Source of the DNA: Eubacteriales bacterium
GTDB taxonomy: Bacteria > Bacillota > Clostridia > Oscillospirales > CAG-272
DNA length: 64,000 nucleotides
NCBI GenBank assembly: GCA_045653805.1
Contig: JAZOMF010000079.1
Span: forward strand, 5,327 to 69,326
Reading direction: 5' to 3'
Shown: in pieces, positions 44,801 to 51,523 of the stretch
Position numbering within the stretch: the stretch's first letter is position 1
Layout of the letters: the number at the start of each line of letters is the position of its first letter
Notes under the pieces: generated by a model
The model's input: only the letters and a program-made list of their open reading frames with translations
What the model was told of the DNA's origin: nothing
The model's database searches: none
Made by a program: the position numbers and the translations under genes

Positions 44801-46219
44801 GGCGACGGATACAGCTACGACGGCTACGGCGTCTACTTCGATAGCGATAGCGAGACCCCCACCTACAGCTATACCTTCGTTGTGGATATGACCGGAAACG
44901 TGGAAAGAACCTTTAAGGTAGTTGCATCCGAGGACTTCGACGGCTGGGATATCACCCTTGCCGACTTCCAGATCAACCAGGGAATGAACTTTATCGCAAG
45001 CGGTGAAAAGCTTTATGAGGCTTCTTTGAAATATAAGGATAACTTCGGCGGCATTGAGTCTAAAAACGAGAATGGTATTGATTACGTAAGATATACCAGT
45101 AATTCCTCTGGTGAGTCCTCTGTCTATCTTTTCAGTAGTGAAGGCTCTACCATAATTACCGGTAACTACATAGTAATGAAGTACCGAACCTATAATAAGC
45201 AAGCGGGTGAGCGTATTGAATTTCATACAAAAACCACCAGCACAGTTCCAAACAACACCTACTACTCCTTTATCGATCATAAAACAGATGGTGAGTGGCA
45301 TGTTGTAGTTTTGGACATTAAACAGATGAAACCTGCTGACGAGAGCATTGTACCCGATGAAAACGACGGTACTCTTAGATCAAAGTTCCTTCGTGTTGAT
45401 ATCTTCAACTACGTGAAGAAAGTTCAGACTTTCGACGTGGCTTACATAGGAATGTGCGATAGCATCAGCGAGGTATTCTCATATGATCCCAGCCTCACCG
45501 ACACCAAGATCACACACATTACATCCACCCCAAAAGGAGCAGATGGAGTATACTACGATGATGGAAGAGATGTAACTAAGAGTGATCTTGAAAGCGTTAA
45601 TATATCGGTGAAAAAAGATACTGTAGCAGATATTAACGGTTCCTTTAGTGTACCGGTTCTCATCGAAAATAACACCGACACCGGATTCTCTTACCTTGAC
45701 ATAATGCCTACATATGATAAGGATAAGTTTGTTTTCACGGGTTATACAATTGGCGACGTTGCCGACGAAGTGGAAATAATCGGAAACAGATTGATCTTTA
45801 AGAATACATCCGATATCATAAAAGATGGAACGCTTATAAATCTCAACTTCAAGCACAAGAGTGTCATGGAAATTGGTTCAACTGCTGAGTTCTCGGTTAA
45901 GGTTGTCGATGCAAATAATATCCAGGGCTATGGTGTCAATACTGTGATCGAATCCGGAGAAGTCACCTTTGTAATACCTGACAGAGGTAACGTTGACGGC
46001 GATCCTGACAACAAAATAACCCTTGCTGATGTTATGTTGTTGAGAAAATATCTCACGGATAAGGATAGCGTGTATATCGATGTAAATAATGCCGACGTAG
46101 ATCTCGACGGAGATGTTGATGTCATCGACCTTATTCATATCCGTAAGTATATTGCGAATTATAATTTTGATGATAATAAGCCCGAATATGATTTTCCCGG
46201 ATATAACGTTGATGAATAA
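41807..46219 (+). CDS. Large secreted multidomain protein: signal peptide, about 1250 aa of unknown function, a cohesin-like module and a C-terminal type I dockerin
   Basis: It has a signal peptide (MRKRPTKLLSLLMTVAMALPIFCIGTLPALAEE). A cohesin-like segment (FSVPVLIENNTDTGFSYLDIMPTYDKDKFVFTGY...) follows, then duplicated dockerin Ca-binding loops (GNVDGDPDNKITLADVMLLRKYL ... DVDLDGDVDVIDLIHIRKYI). Confidence 0.8.
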   Translation: MRKRPTKLLSLLMTVAMALPIFCIGTLPALAEERIVDVDEANTAIVENANSLANGVQAYFKDPSRNYFIVENQQMKFEYNLRDLEESKKMQLVYLKDKAGNSYIENTMDAFVVTKGGETLYASNSNTTASPNLHRFGYYYYDARMEGQNFISEEINNGNVKKTTALKFAVKEAKEITYNNSYYGKVSGTIDNTDDPYLRFQANSSWNTYKADDYQFIRITMSSDAAITGGSFYFSDTETDFDEGRRVNFSISGNGVSGDQMVYYVPMYTNANYKGTILGLRLDFNAIEKGAEFKITNLEVVQVKDTSSYPYGLYVNRDFLVYSDKMHSFTQFTATQELNNVAKVGVEVKIPKTDVLGYVVKADDTLYYDSLPVSDLSSAEYVGFIIEGAGVFGYIMPADNSGGKLTVTDDGENYVISQTLPLDNNTISPSEAGTKNGNDIFMGQRLYTDDNFDLATFITEAENERNPIPKENFIVSDDSNGTYAGYDAIRGCYKFNINSFTGFGTPYYSAQNKQFKINYTIIGEENQDRNIWVMTYGTGGCLECAAILDENEMMIPVPLQVGKNFSEANGERNKFNFDDPTYSEVIYPMDIKKGSENEYTILNMYQNWGQFPIKQLSWIQFDAPYYHISTGVSESNCITPLYNMGQVATNSTLPDFRGMSSPLWSKDPQHNSCGNHRWLIYTDESGKKFATESTANIINSYGPNYASVDMHYITDDGKIKATYTHMEMPQTDENRTYYEMKFEVLKDVTFTDFKNQLQFYSVRSNDPTGYYTRLGYLNDKNESTVVDAKIEESGTAQYVLGDKCPYFSYFDMDNATSQHNEPKAAGYSNVAFLVYNSEISITGVDETPNFIITDRGGEIAVSLDLDGVTLMAGDKITINAILLPWGSQEMEGSYDTIQDQNVRDVRKNTLLDPITAKPTADPTVTNATITTEKVASAFLPRVKTTNGKEAVFTLSGGENNQTVRVDGFKKLTDPKIYELVNGAWVEYNVCSALTPDGNGDGYSYDGYGVYFDSDSETPTYSYTFVVDMTGNVERTFKVVASEDFDGWDITLADFQINQGMNFIASGEKLYEASLKYKDNFGGIESKNENGIDYVRYTSNSSGESSVYLFSSEGSTIITGNYIVMKYRTYNKQAGERIEFHTKTTSTVPNNTYYSFIDHKTDGEWHVVVLDIKQMKPADESIVPDENDGTLRSKFLRVDIFNYVKKVQTFDVAYIGMCDSISEVFSYDPSLTDTKITHITSTPKGADGVYYDDGRDVTKSDLESVNISVKKDTVADINGSFSVPVLIENNTDTGFSYLDIMPTYDKDKFVFTGYTIGDVADEVEIIGNRLIFKNTSDIIKDGTLINLNFKHKSVMEIGSTAEFSVKVVDANNIQGYGVNTVIESGEVTFVIPDRGNVDGDPDNKITLADVMLLRKYLTDKDSVYIDVNNADVDLDGDVDVIDLIHIRKYIANYNFDDNKPEYDFPGYNVDE

Positions 46220-46248
46220 CCACTATCGAATATAATTGGAGTTTCTAA

Positions 46249-46944
46249 ATGAAATTAAGTTTAAAAATAACGGTATTTATGCTTTTGATTGCATTTATCC
46301 TGGCGAGCATTTGCCCCGCAATATCGGCATCTTCTGCTGATACTCTTTCCATTACCTCTGAGGAGGTAATGGCGGAGAGAGGAGATACCGTTGATGTTAC
46401 CTTGGTTGTTACGCAGAATCCAGGAATCGTTGCATTACACTTAGATGTTGCTCAGGTTGAAGGATTTGAACTTTTAGAAGTAACAGTAGGAAACATCTTA
46501 ACAATAATTACTGCAGATAAGAGCATTCTTCTGGAAAATTCCAGTGTTTCAAATAATAACACTGAAACAGGAATTCTTCTTACCCTTAAATTCAAAATAA
46601 GTGAAAATGCTTGTGTAGGAAGAAATTACATTAACGTATCATCAATAAGTTGTTGTGATTCTACTCCTGAAGACGTCAAAACCAGTATTTCGCCTATTGT
46701 TATCAATGTTAAAGAAGATTCCTCCGAGGAGTCATCATCTGAAGATACATCTGCACCTACTGTTGAGACTGAGCCCGCTACTGAATCAACCGATGAGCCC
46801 GCATCGGAAAGCGATACCGAGCCTGCTGTTCCTTCAGATACTCGTGTAGGATGGTTAGGCGGTTGCTTCGGTGAGATCGGCATCGGCGGAATGATCATTA
46901 CCACACTTGTTGCAGGTGCTTGGTTCTTTAGAAAAAAGCACTAA
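46249..46944 (+). CDS. Small cohesin-domain protein with a signal peptide, an acidic Ser/Thr/Glu/Pro linker and a C-terminal membrane anchor
   Basis: It has a signal peptide (LKITVFMLLIAFILASICPAISASSA). A cohesin-like module (GDTVDVTLVVTQNPGIVALHLDVAQVEGFELL) follows, then the linker SSEESSSEDTSAPTVETEPATESTDEPASESDTEPAVPSD. The terminal hydrophobic helix ends in RKKH. There is no LPXTG motif. Confidence 0.7.
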   Translation: MKLSLKITVFMLLIAFILASICPAISASSADTLSITSEEVMAERGDTVDVTLVVTQNPGIVALHLDVAQVEGFELLEVTVGNILTIITADKSILLENSSVSNNNTETGILLTLKFKISENACVGRNYINVSSISCCDSTPEDVKTSISPIVINVKEDSSEESSSEDTSAPTVETEPATESTDEPASESDTEPAVPSDTRVGWLGGCFGEIGIGGMIITTLVAGAWFFRKKH

Positions 46945-46963
46945 TAAAGTAAAATAAAGCTCT

Positions 46964-47010
46964 AACTCGTCCGCAAGCGGAGATACACCGCCTACGGACG
47001 AGTTTTTTGT
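46964..47010 (+). terminator. Rho-independent terminator after the cohesin gene
   Basis: AACTCGTCCG ... CGGACGAGTT stem followed by TTTTT. Confidence 0.75.
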
Positions 47011-47086
47011 CTAAAATGAGTTTTGATATTGACAAAGATAAATAATTATGATAAAATAAGCGTAGTTTTATGTTTGGAGGAAAATA

Positions 47087-48319
47087 TTGATGATAGTATT
47101 CAATATCGTATTGTTTGCAATCGGTCTTTTCTTGCTCATCAAGGGCGGCGACTGGTTTGTTGACGGTTCGACGGGGGTTGCGAGAAAGTTCCGCATTCCC
47201 GAAATTCTTATAGGTGCAACTGTTGTATCCATTGGTACAACTCTGCCTGAGGTAATGGTTTCCGCAACTGCGGCATCGCAGGGAAGTGGCTCTACCGCTT
47301 ACGGTAATGCAATCGGCTCTATTATTTGTAATACCGCGCTTATAGCGGCGTTGACTATTGCCATCAAGCCTGCAAAGGCAGATAAAAAATCCTTGAGATT
47401 CCCGGTTATCTTCTTCTTTGGCGCAGCAGTTGTTTATGCTCTGATCGCATATTTCTTCGGTGAATTTTATCGTTGGACAGGAATTGTCCTGCTTGTCGGA
47501 TTCATTGGATACATGGCGTTCCAGGTGGTTCAGGCTGTCAAGAGCATGAAGCCCCAGCCTAATGCAGACAACGTAATGGACGCACTCGATGATGAGGTAG
47601 AGGAAGAAAACCAAAGCACAAAGGGCGATTTTCTCGGCTTTATTCTTATCGGTATTTCTCTTATTGCCTCCCAGATCATAGATGTTGCAGTTCGTCTCAT
47701 TAACGGCACTCCTGCTATCGGTCAGCTTCCCGAGGAGGTAACCTTTGGCGCATTGATGAGTACCTATTTTGTTGTAGGCATCGTTGGTGTTATCCTGCTT
47801 GCAATCGGTCTTCTTAAGCTCTATACCAAAAACACCCTCGGTATACTCAATTCCAATATCGTCTACATGCTTTTCGGCGCTGTTGTTATTGCTGTTGGTG
47901 CAACCCTCTTGGTAGATAACGGAACTGTCATCGCAGAGGCACTCCACGTTCCCGAGACTGTTATAGCACTCACATTCGTAGCACTTGGCACCTCGCTCCC
48001 CGAGCTTGTTACCGCAGTTACGGCGCTGGCAAAAGGACATAGTTCGTTGTCTCTCGGTAATATAATCGGTGCCAATATTTTCAATCTTGTGCTTGTTAGT
48101 GGTGCGGCTATTACCATCAAGCCCTTTGACGTACCTGCAGAAAAGCTTATTAATGGTATGAACGCATCTCTGCTTATCGATGTTCCACTGGTATTTATCG
48201 CCATGGGTATCCTCACTATTCCTACACTTATCAGAGGCAAGCTTGCGCGCTGGCAGGGAATTTCTCTCCTTTGCATCTATGCTGCATTCTGCGCAGTTCA
48301 GTTCCTGCCTATCGGATAA
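47087..48319 (+). CDS. CaCA-family sodium/calcium (cation) antiporter, YrbG-like, with a long central loop
   Basis: It has two alpha-repeat signatures (GATVVSIGTTLPEVMVS and ALTFVALGTSLPELVTA ... GNIIGANIFNL). Confidence 0.8.
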   Translation: MMIVFNIVLFAIGLFLLIKGGDWFVDGSTGVARKFRIPEILIGATVVSIGTTLPEVMVSATAASQGSGSTAYGNAIGSIICNTALIAALTIAIKPAKADKKSLRFPVIFFFGAAVVYALIAYFFGEFYRWTGIVLLVGFIGYMAFQVVQAVKSMKPQPNADNVMDALDDEVEEENQSTKGDFLGFILIGISLIASQIIDVAVRLINGTPAIGQLPEEVTFGALMSTYFVVGIVGVILLAIGLLKLYTKNTLGILNSNIVYMLFGAVVIAVGATLLVDNGTVIAEALHVPETVIALTFVALGTSLPELVTAVTALAKGHSSLSLGNIIGANIFNLVLVSGAAITIKPFDVPAEKLINGMNASLLIDVPLVFIAMGILTIPTLIRGKLARWQGISLLCIYAAFCAVQFLPIG

Positions 48320-48343
48320 TTTGATTTTGGATAAAACAAAAAA

Positions 48344-48371
48344 GCGACTCGACGAGTCGCCTTTTGTTTTT
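48344..48371. terminator. Bidirectional terminator between convergent genes
   Basis: GCGACTC GAC GAGTCGC with an A-run before and a T-rich tract after. Confidence 0.75.
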
Positions 48372-48423
48372 AACACTTTTTGTAGGGAGAGCATTATCTC
48401 GCCTTTACTCTATATATTTGAAT

Positions 48424-49206
48424 TTATACAAATATGATCCAAATCAGCTTTGATACGATATGGCATCCGCCATGAGCAATCATCGCATAACGTAAACCGT
48501 ATTTTCTGTATAACCAACCAAACAACAAGCCCACACCGCCATTCAGCAAAAAACATCTGAATACGATCATGGGGGATAGGCCCAACATTGTAGCTGTGGC
48601 AGGAAGATGCCCGGCGGCGAACAGAAGGGCAGCGATAATATTGGCAGTAATAAGAACCCACGTTGACGGGCGTACGTTCTTTCTATCAAATATTTTCCAC
48701 ATAACGAATGCAACCAAAGACAACCAGAAAAGGCGAAGCATGACCTCTTCGATCACACCGCCATATAAGACAGATGCGATCAAGTATGATATTGTTGGTT
48801 TTACAACGTATGAGTTCATGATAATTTCCGAGTATTTTCCAAAGAAAAGTACGTCGAATAAGATCAAAGCCATACCACCGGTGATAGCAACCACAATAGA
48901 AGCGATCAGCGGCTTTTTTGTTATCTTTTTTTCATCCTTCCAAAGCCTGATCTTTTTGCCGAGCCAAATACCTGCCGCCCCTAAGAGAAAGCCGTATCCC
49001 GCTGCCTGCATTGCGGTAATAACGCCCATAATAATATCAGGAGGAAATCCTCCAAGGCCACTGGCAGCCAACTCATCGAGAAGTTGCTGTTGCGTTTCCG
49101 GTGGATAACTGTCTAAGACATAAATACCTGTAAAGAAACCGCCAATGACACCTATGATTGCGAAAAACAAAATGGTTTTCCAGTATGATTTTATAAACCG
49201 TTTCAT
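48424..49206 (-). CDS. CPBP-family intramembrane glutamic endopeptidase (CAAX protease / Abi family)
   Basis: It is polytopic, with the EExxxR motif (GGVIEEVMLRLFW), a FxxxH motif (LLFAAGH) and a distal His (IAHGGCH). Confidence 0.75.
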   Translation of the reverse strand: MKRFIKSYWKTILFFAIIGVIGGFFTGIYVLDSYPPETQQQLLDELAASGLGGFPPDIIMGVITAMQAAGYGFLLGAAGIWLGKKIRLWKDEKKITKKPLIASIVVAITGGMALILFDVLFFGKYSEIIMNSYVVKPTISYLIASVLYGGVIEEVMLRLFWLSLVAFVMWKIFDRKNVRPSTWVLITANIIAALLFAAGHLPATATMLGLSPMIVFRCFLLNGGVGLLFGWLYRKYGLRYAMIAHGGCHIVSKLIWIIFV

Positions 49207-49212
49207 AATTTA

Positions 49213-50307
49213 TTACTTTTCCTCAATGCAAGATACTATTTCATTGTAGAGTGCGGTGGTTTCGTCTGCGTTTTCAAGGGCTATAACTACAACTTGCTGG
49301 TCCTTGAGATGCAATACGATTGCGGGAGCTTTTCCGCGGTATGCGTAGCTGGTGTAATATCCAAGCTCGGAATTTTTGAAGCCGCCGAGGAGAAGCTTTG
49401 CAGAGTCAAAGCCGTTGATCTTACTACCTGAAACACCGTCCTCGTCAAGCTCGACGGAGGCAATATCGGAGTAATTTACTGTCAGCTTGCCGCTGAAGGT
49501 GGAGCTTAAGGTGAAGCCATCATTACCTTTTGCAACATCGATCTTACCCGTGAACATTATGACCGCCAAGAAGATGACCAGCGCCGCAATAAGGACTGCA
49601 ACAGTTACCTTGCTTGCAGGCTTAGCGGATGCCGCTTTAACCTGCTCGTCTGTGATCTTTCCTTCATCTAACTGCTTTTTGTAGAGCCTGTAAGAATATA
49701 CCATAGGAACAACGACTACTACAAGCAGGAGCGCGGGCAGGAAAATCATAAGATAAACGTCGGTGAAGAAAACGCCGAGAAGGGAAGCAAGACCGCAAAT
49801 GACCCAAAGCTTGCCTGCGAAACGGTGGGTAGCCGTCCAGTTTTCTTCACTTGCCAAAGCCCACTTGATCTTGATACCAAACGTGCGGTTAAGAGTGGAT
49901 TTCGGCAATATATTACCGATAACTATCAAACCGATACCAATAAGAGGCGCTATGATAAGATTTACGTTAACCTCCATTCCAAAGGCGGTGGCGTAGATTA
50001 TGCCGTTTACGTAAAGAGAAAGCACGGGCATTATCCAAAAGGTCGCATTTAAGATCTTGGGATTTTGATTTCTGGTCTTGTTGTCAAGGCAGGTAACAAG
50101 AATGCAGACCCAATTCATAATGAGCAGAATAATGGGCAGAGCAAATACCGCGATCGCCGTGCCTACGTATCCGTCAGGCTCTCCGCTGATACCCCAATGA
50201 ATCGCCATCTGCTCGGGCAGCTTATCCCAAACTGTTACTCCGAAAATGATGGGGAGCAGGGTTATTAAGGATGAAATTATAAGCTTCCATTTATTCTTTC
50301 TTATCAT
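49213..50307 (-). CDS. SdpI/YhfL-like membrane protein (DUF1648-type N-terminus) with an extra C-terminal soluble domain
   Basis: The N-terminus LPIIFGVTVWDKLPEQMAIHWGISGEPDGY and the later NRTFGIKIKWALASEENW are typical of SdpI-family proteins. The gene overlaps the upstream ArsR gene by 17 nt. Confidence 0.65.
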   Translation of the reverse strand: MIRKNKWKLIISSLITLLPIIFGVTVWDKLPEQMAIHWGISGEPDGYVGTAIAVFALPIILLIMNWVCILVTCLDNKTRNQNPKILNATFWIMPVLSLYVNGIIYATAFGMEVNVNLIIAPLIGIGLIVIGNILPKSTLNRTFGIKIKWALASEENWTATHRFAGKLWVICGLASLLGVFFTDVYLMIFLPALLLVVVVVPMVYSYRLYKKQLDEGKITDEQVKAASAKPASKVTVAVLIAALVIFLAVIMFTGKIDVAKGNDGFTLSSTFSGKLTVNYSDIASVELDEDGVSGSKINGFDSAKLLLGGFKNSELGYYTSYAYRGKAPAIVLHLKDQQVVVIALENADETTALYNEIVSCIEEK

Positions 50308-50599
50308 TACCGTTATCTCCTTTCAATGTTGCTATCCATAGCATTATGTCCTCGAGGACCGAGGTATTCAGCTCGTAGTAAATAAATTTACCCTCGCGTG
50401 TGTCACGGATAAGGTCGGCATCCTTCAGCACAGATAAATGCCGAGAGATGGCGGCTCCCGTAATATCAAAGTGCGCCACGATCGCGCCGGCAGAAAGCCT
50501 ACCGCCTTTGAGCAGATCGAGAATTTCCCGCCTGACAGGATCGGATAACGCACGCAAAGTGTTTTGTATCGCCACGTTTATAACCTCCTCATTTAACAT
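50291..50599 (-). CDS. ArsR/SmtB family (SdpR-like) transcriptional repressor
   Basis: It has the winged-helix pattern LSDPVRREILDLLKGGRLSAGAIVAHFDITGAAISRHLSVLKDADLI. Confidence 0.85.
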   Translation of the reverse strand: MLNEEVINVAIQNTLRALSDPVRREILDLLKGGRLSAGAIVAHFDITGAAISRHLSVLKDADLIRDTREGKFIYYELNTSVLEDIMLWIATLKGDNGNDKKE

Positions 50600-50617
50600 T
50601 TAACCTAAGTGTTAAAT
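50591..50617. promoter_or_regulatory. Candidate operator: a perfect 8-bp inverted repeat overlapping the ArsR start codon
   Basis: ATTTAACA (50591-50598), 11 nt, then TGTTAAAT (50610-50617). Its position is consistent with autoregulation, but no experiment or search supports this. Confidence 0.3.
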
Positions 50618-50734
50618 ATAGTATACCATGATTTTATGCGTTTGTCAATAGGGGAGTGAAGGAAATTTTGAAATTCAAGCAAAAAATTAAAAATTCAAGC
50701 AAAAAAAGAGAGGCATAAAGCCTCTCTTTTGCTA

Positions 50735-50816
50735 TGGTCGAAGTGGCGGGACTCAGAACCTTTACACAAAATTGCAAGCAATTTTGGTGGTAGATTCAAA
50801 TGGCACCGTACGATCC
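50735..50816 (-). repeat. Unit 1 of a tandem 82-nt element whose 3' end imitates the 3' end of tRNA-Pro, flanked by a terminator hairpin
   Basis: Read on the minus strand it ends ...AGGTTCTGAGTCCCGCCACTTCGACCA, against GGGTTCGAATCCCGTCACACCGACCA in tRNA-Pro. It is nearly identical to unit 2 except in the loop of its internal 7-bp stem. Confidence 0.75.
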
Positions 50817-50858
50817 AAGAATAACAAAAAGAGAGGTGTAAAAACCTCTCTTTTTGCT

Positions 50859-50940
50859 TGGTCGGAGTGACGGGATTCAGAACCTTTACACAAAATTGCG
50901 GGCAATTTTGGTGGTAGATTCAAATGGCACCGTACGATCC
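50859..50940 (-). repeat. Unit 2 of the tandem element resembling the tRNA-Pro 3' end
   Basis: The minus strand reads GGATCGTACGGTGCCATTTGAATCTACCACCAAAATTGCCCGCAATTTTGTGTAAAGGTTCTGAATCCCGTCACTCCGACCA. It lies 124 nt from unit 1 and 122 nt from the true tRNA. Confidence 0.75.
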
Positions 50941-50980
50941 AGGCATAAAAAAGCAGAGGCATCAAGCCTCTGCTTTTTTA

Positions 50981-51057
50981 TGGTCGGTGTGACGGGATTC
51001 GAACCCACGACCTCTTGGTCCCGAACCAAGCGCACTACCAAACTGTGCCACACCCCG
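50981..51057 (-). tRNA. tRNA-Pro (anticodon CGG), CCA encoded
   Basis: The minus strand reads CGGGGTGTGGCACAGTTTGGTAGTGCGCTTGGTTCGGGACCAAGAGGTCGTGGGTTCGAATCCCGTCACACCGACCA. The anticodon arm is CTTGG-TTCGGGA-CCAAG. By eye there is one G-A mismatch in the acceptor stem. Confidence 0.8.
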
Positions 51058-51197
51058 AGAAATAAAATTGTTCAAAATAATCGCGCACTAACTGTTGTGA
51101 CTAAGGTTCAAGCTTCGTCGCGCGCAACTCGCTTTCACCAAGTCACTGCCACTCCTTATTGCTCCCTTCATCCGCCACCGGCGGCGGTCGCAAACGT

Positions 51198-51218
51198 CCC
51201 AAACTGTGCCACACCCCG
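51198..51218 (-). repeat. Duplicated 5' fragment of tRNA-Pro, about 140 nt upstream of the intact gene
   Basis: AAACTGTGCCACACCCCGA occurs at both 51040-51058 and 51199-51218 on the plus strand. This corresponds to tRNA positions 1-19. Confidence 0.75.
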
Positions 51219-51441
51219 AAAACAGTATTAACGCGAACAACAGTTAGTATAACACATCGCAAAACTTTTGTCAAGGGGGTGGAGAGGGAAAAAAGCAAAT
51301 AATGAGGCTTTTTTATTGGGTTTATTCTGAAAACTGACCGAAAAGGTCAGCCGTTCACAAAATTTTGGTAATTAAACGCCTCATATTAAATATATATAAT
51401 AATAATTTAAAAAAATTTAAAAAATATATATTAAAAATAGG

Positions 51442-51470
51442 TTGTAAAAAGCACAAAAATGTAGTATAAT
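51442..51470 (+). promoter_or_regulatory. Sigma-A type promoter for the A-T-R / plsAR operon
   Basis: TTGTAA (51442-51447), a 17-nt spacer, then TATAAT (51465-51470), within a very AT-rich region. Confidence 0.55.
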
Positions 51471-51523
51471 GTATGATGGTTTTATATGTCCGCGCGAATT
51501 TGCACTTGAATGGAGTTTAAATT

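Noticed and set aside
50735-50940. The two 82-nt units as additional functional tRNA genes
   Set aside because: Only the 3' 25 nt or so resemble tRNA-Pro. I could not draw an acceptor stem, a D-arm or a 7-nt anticodon loop, because the central stem closes a tetraloop. They are reported as tRNA-end-like repeats, not as tRNAs.
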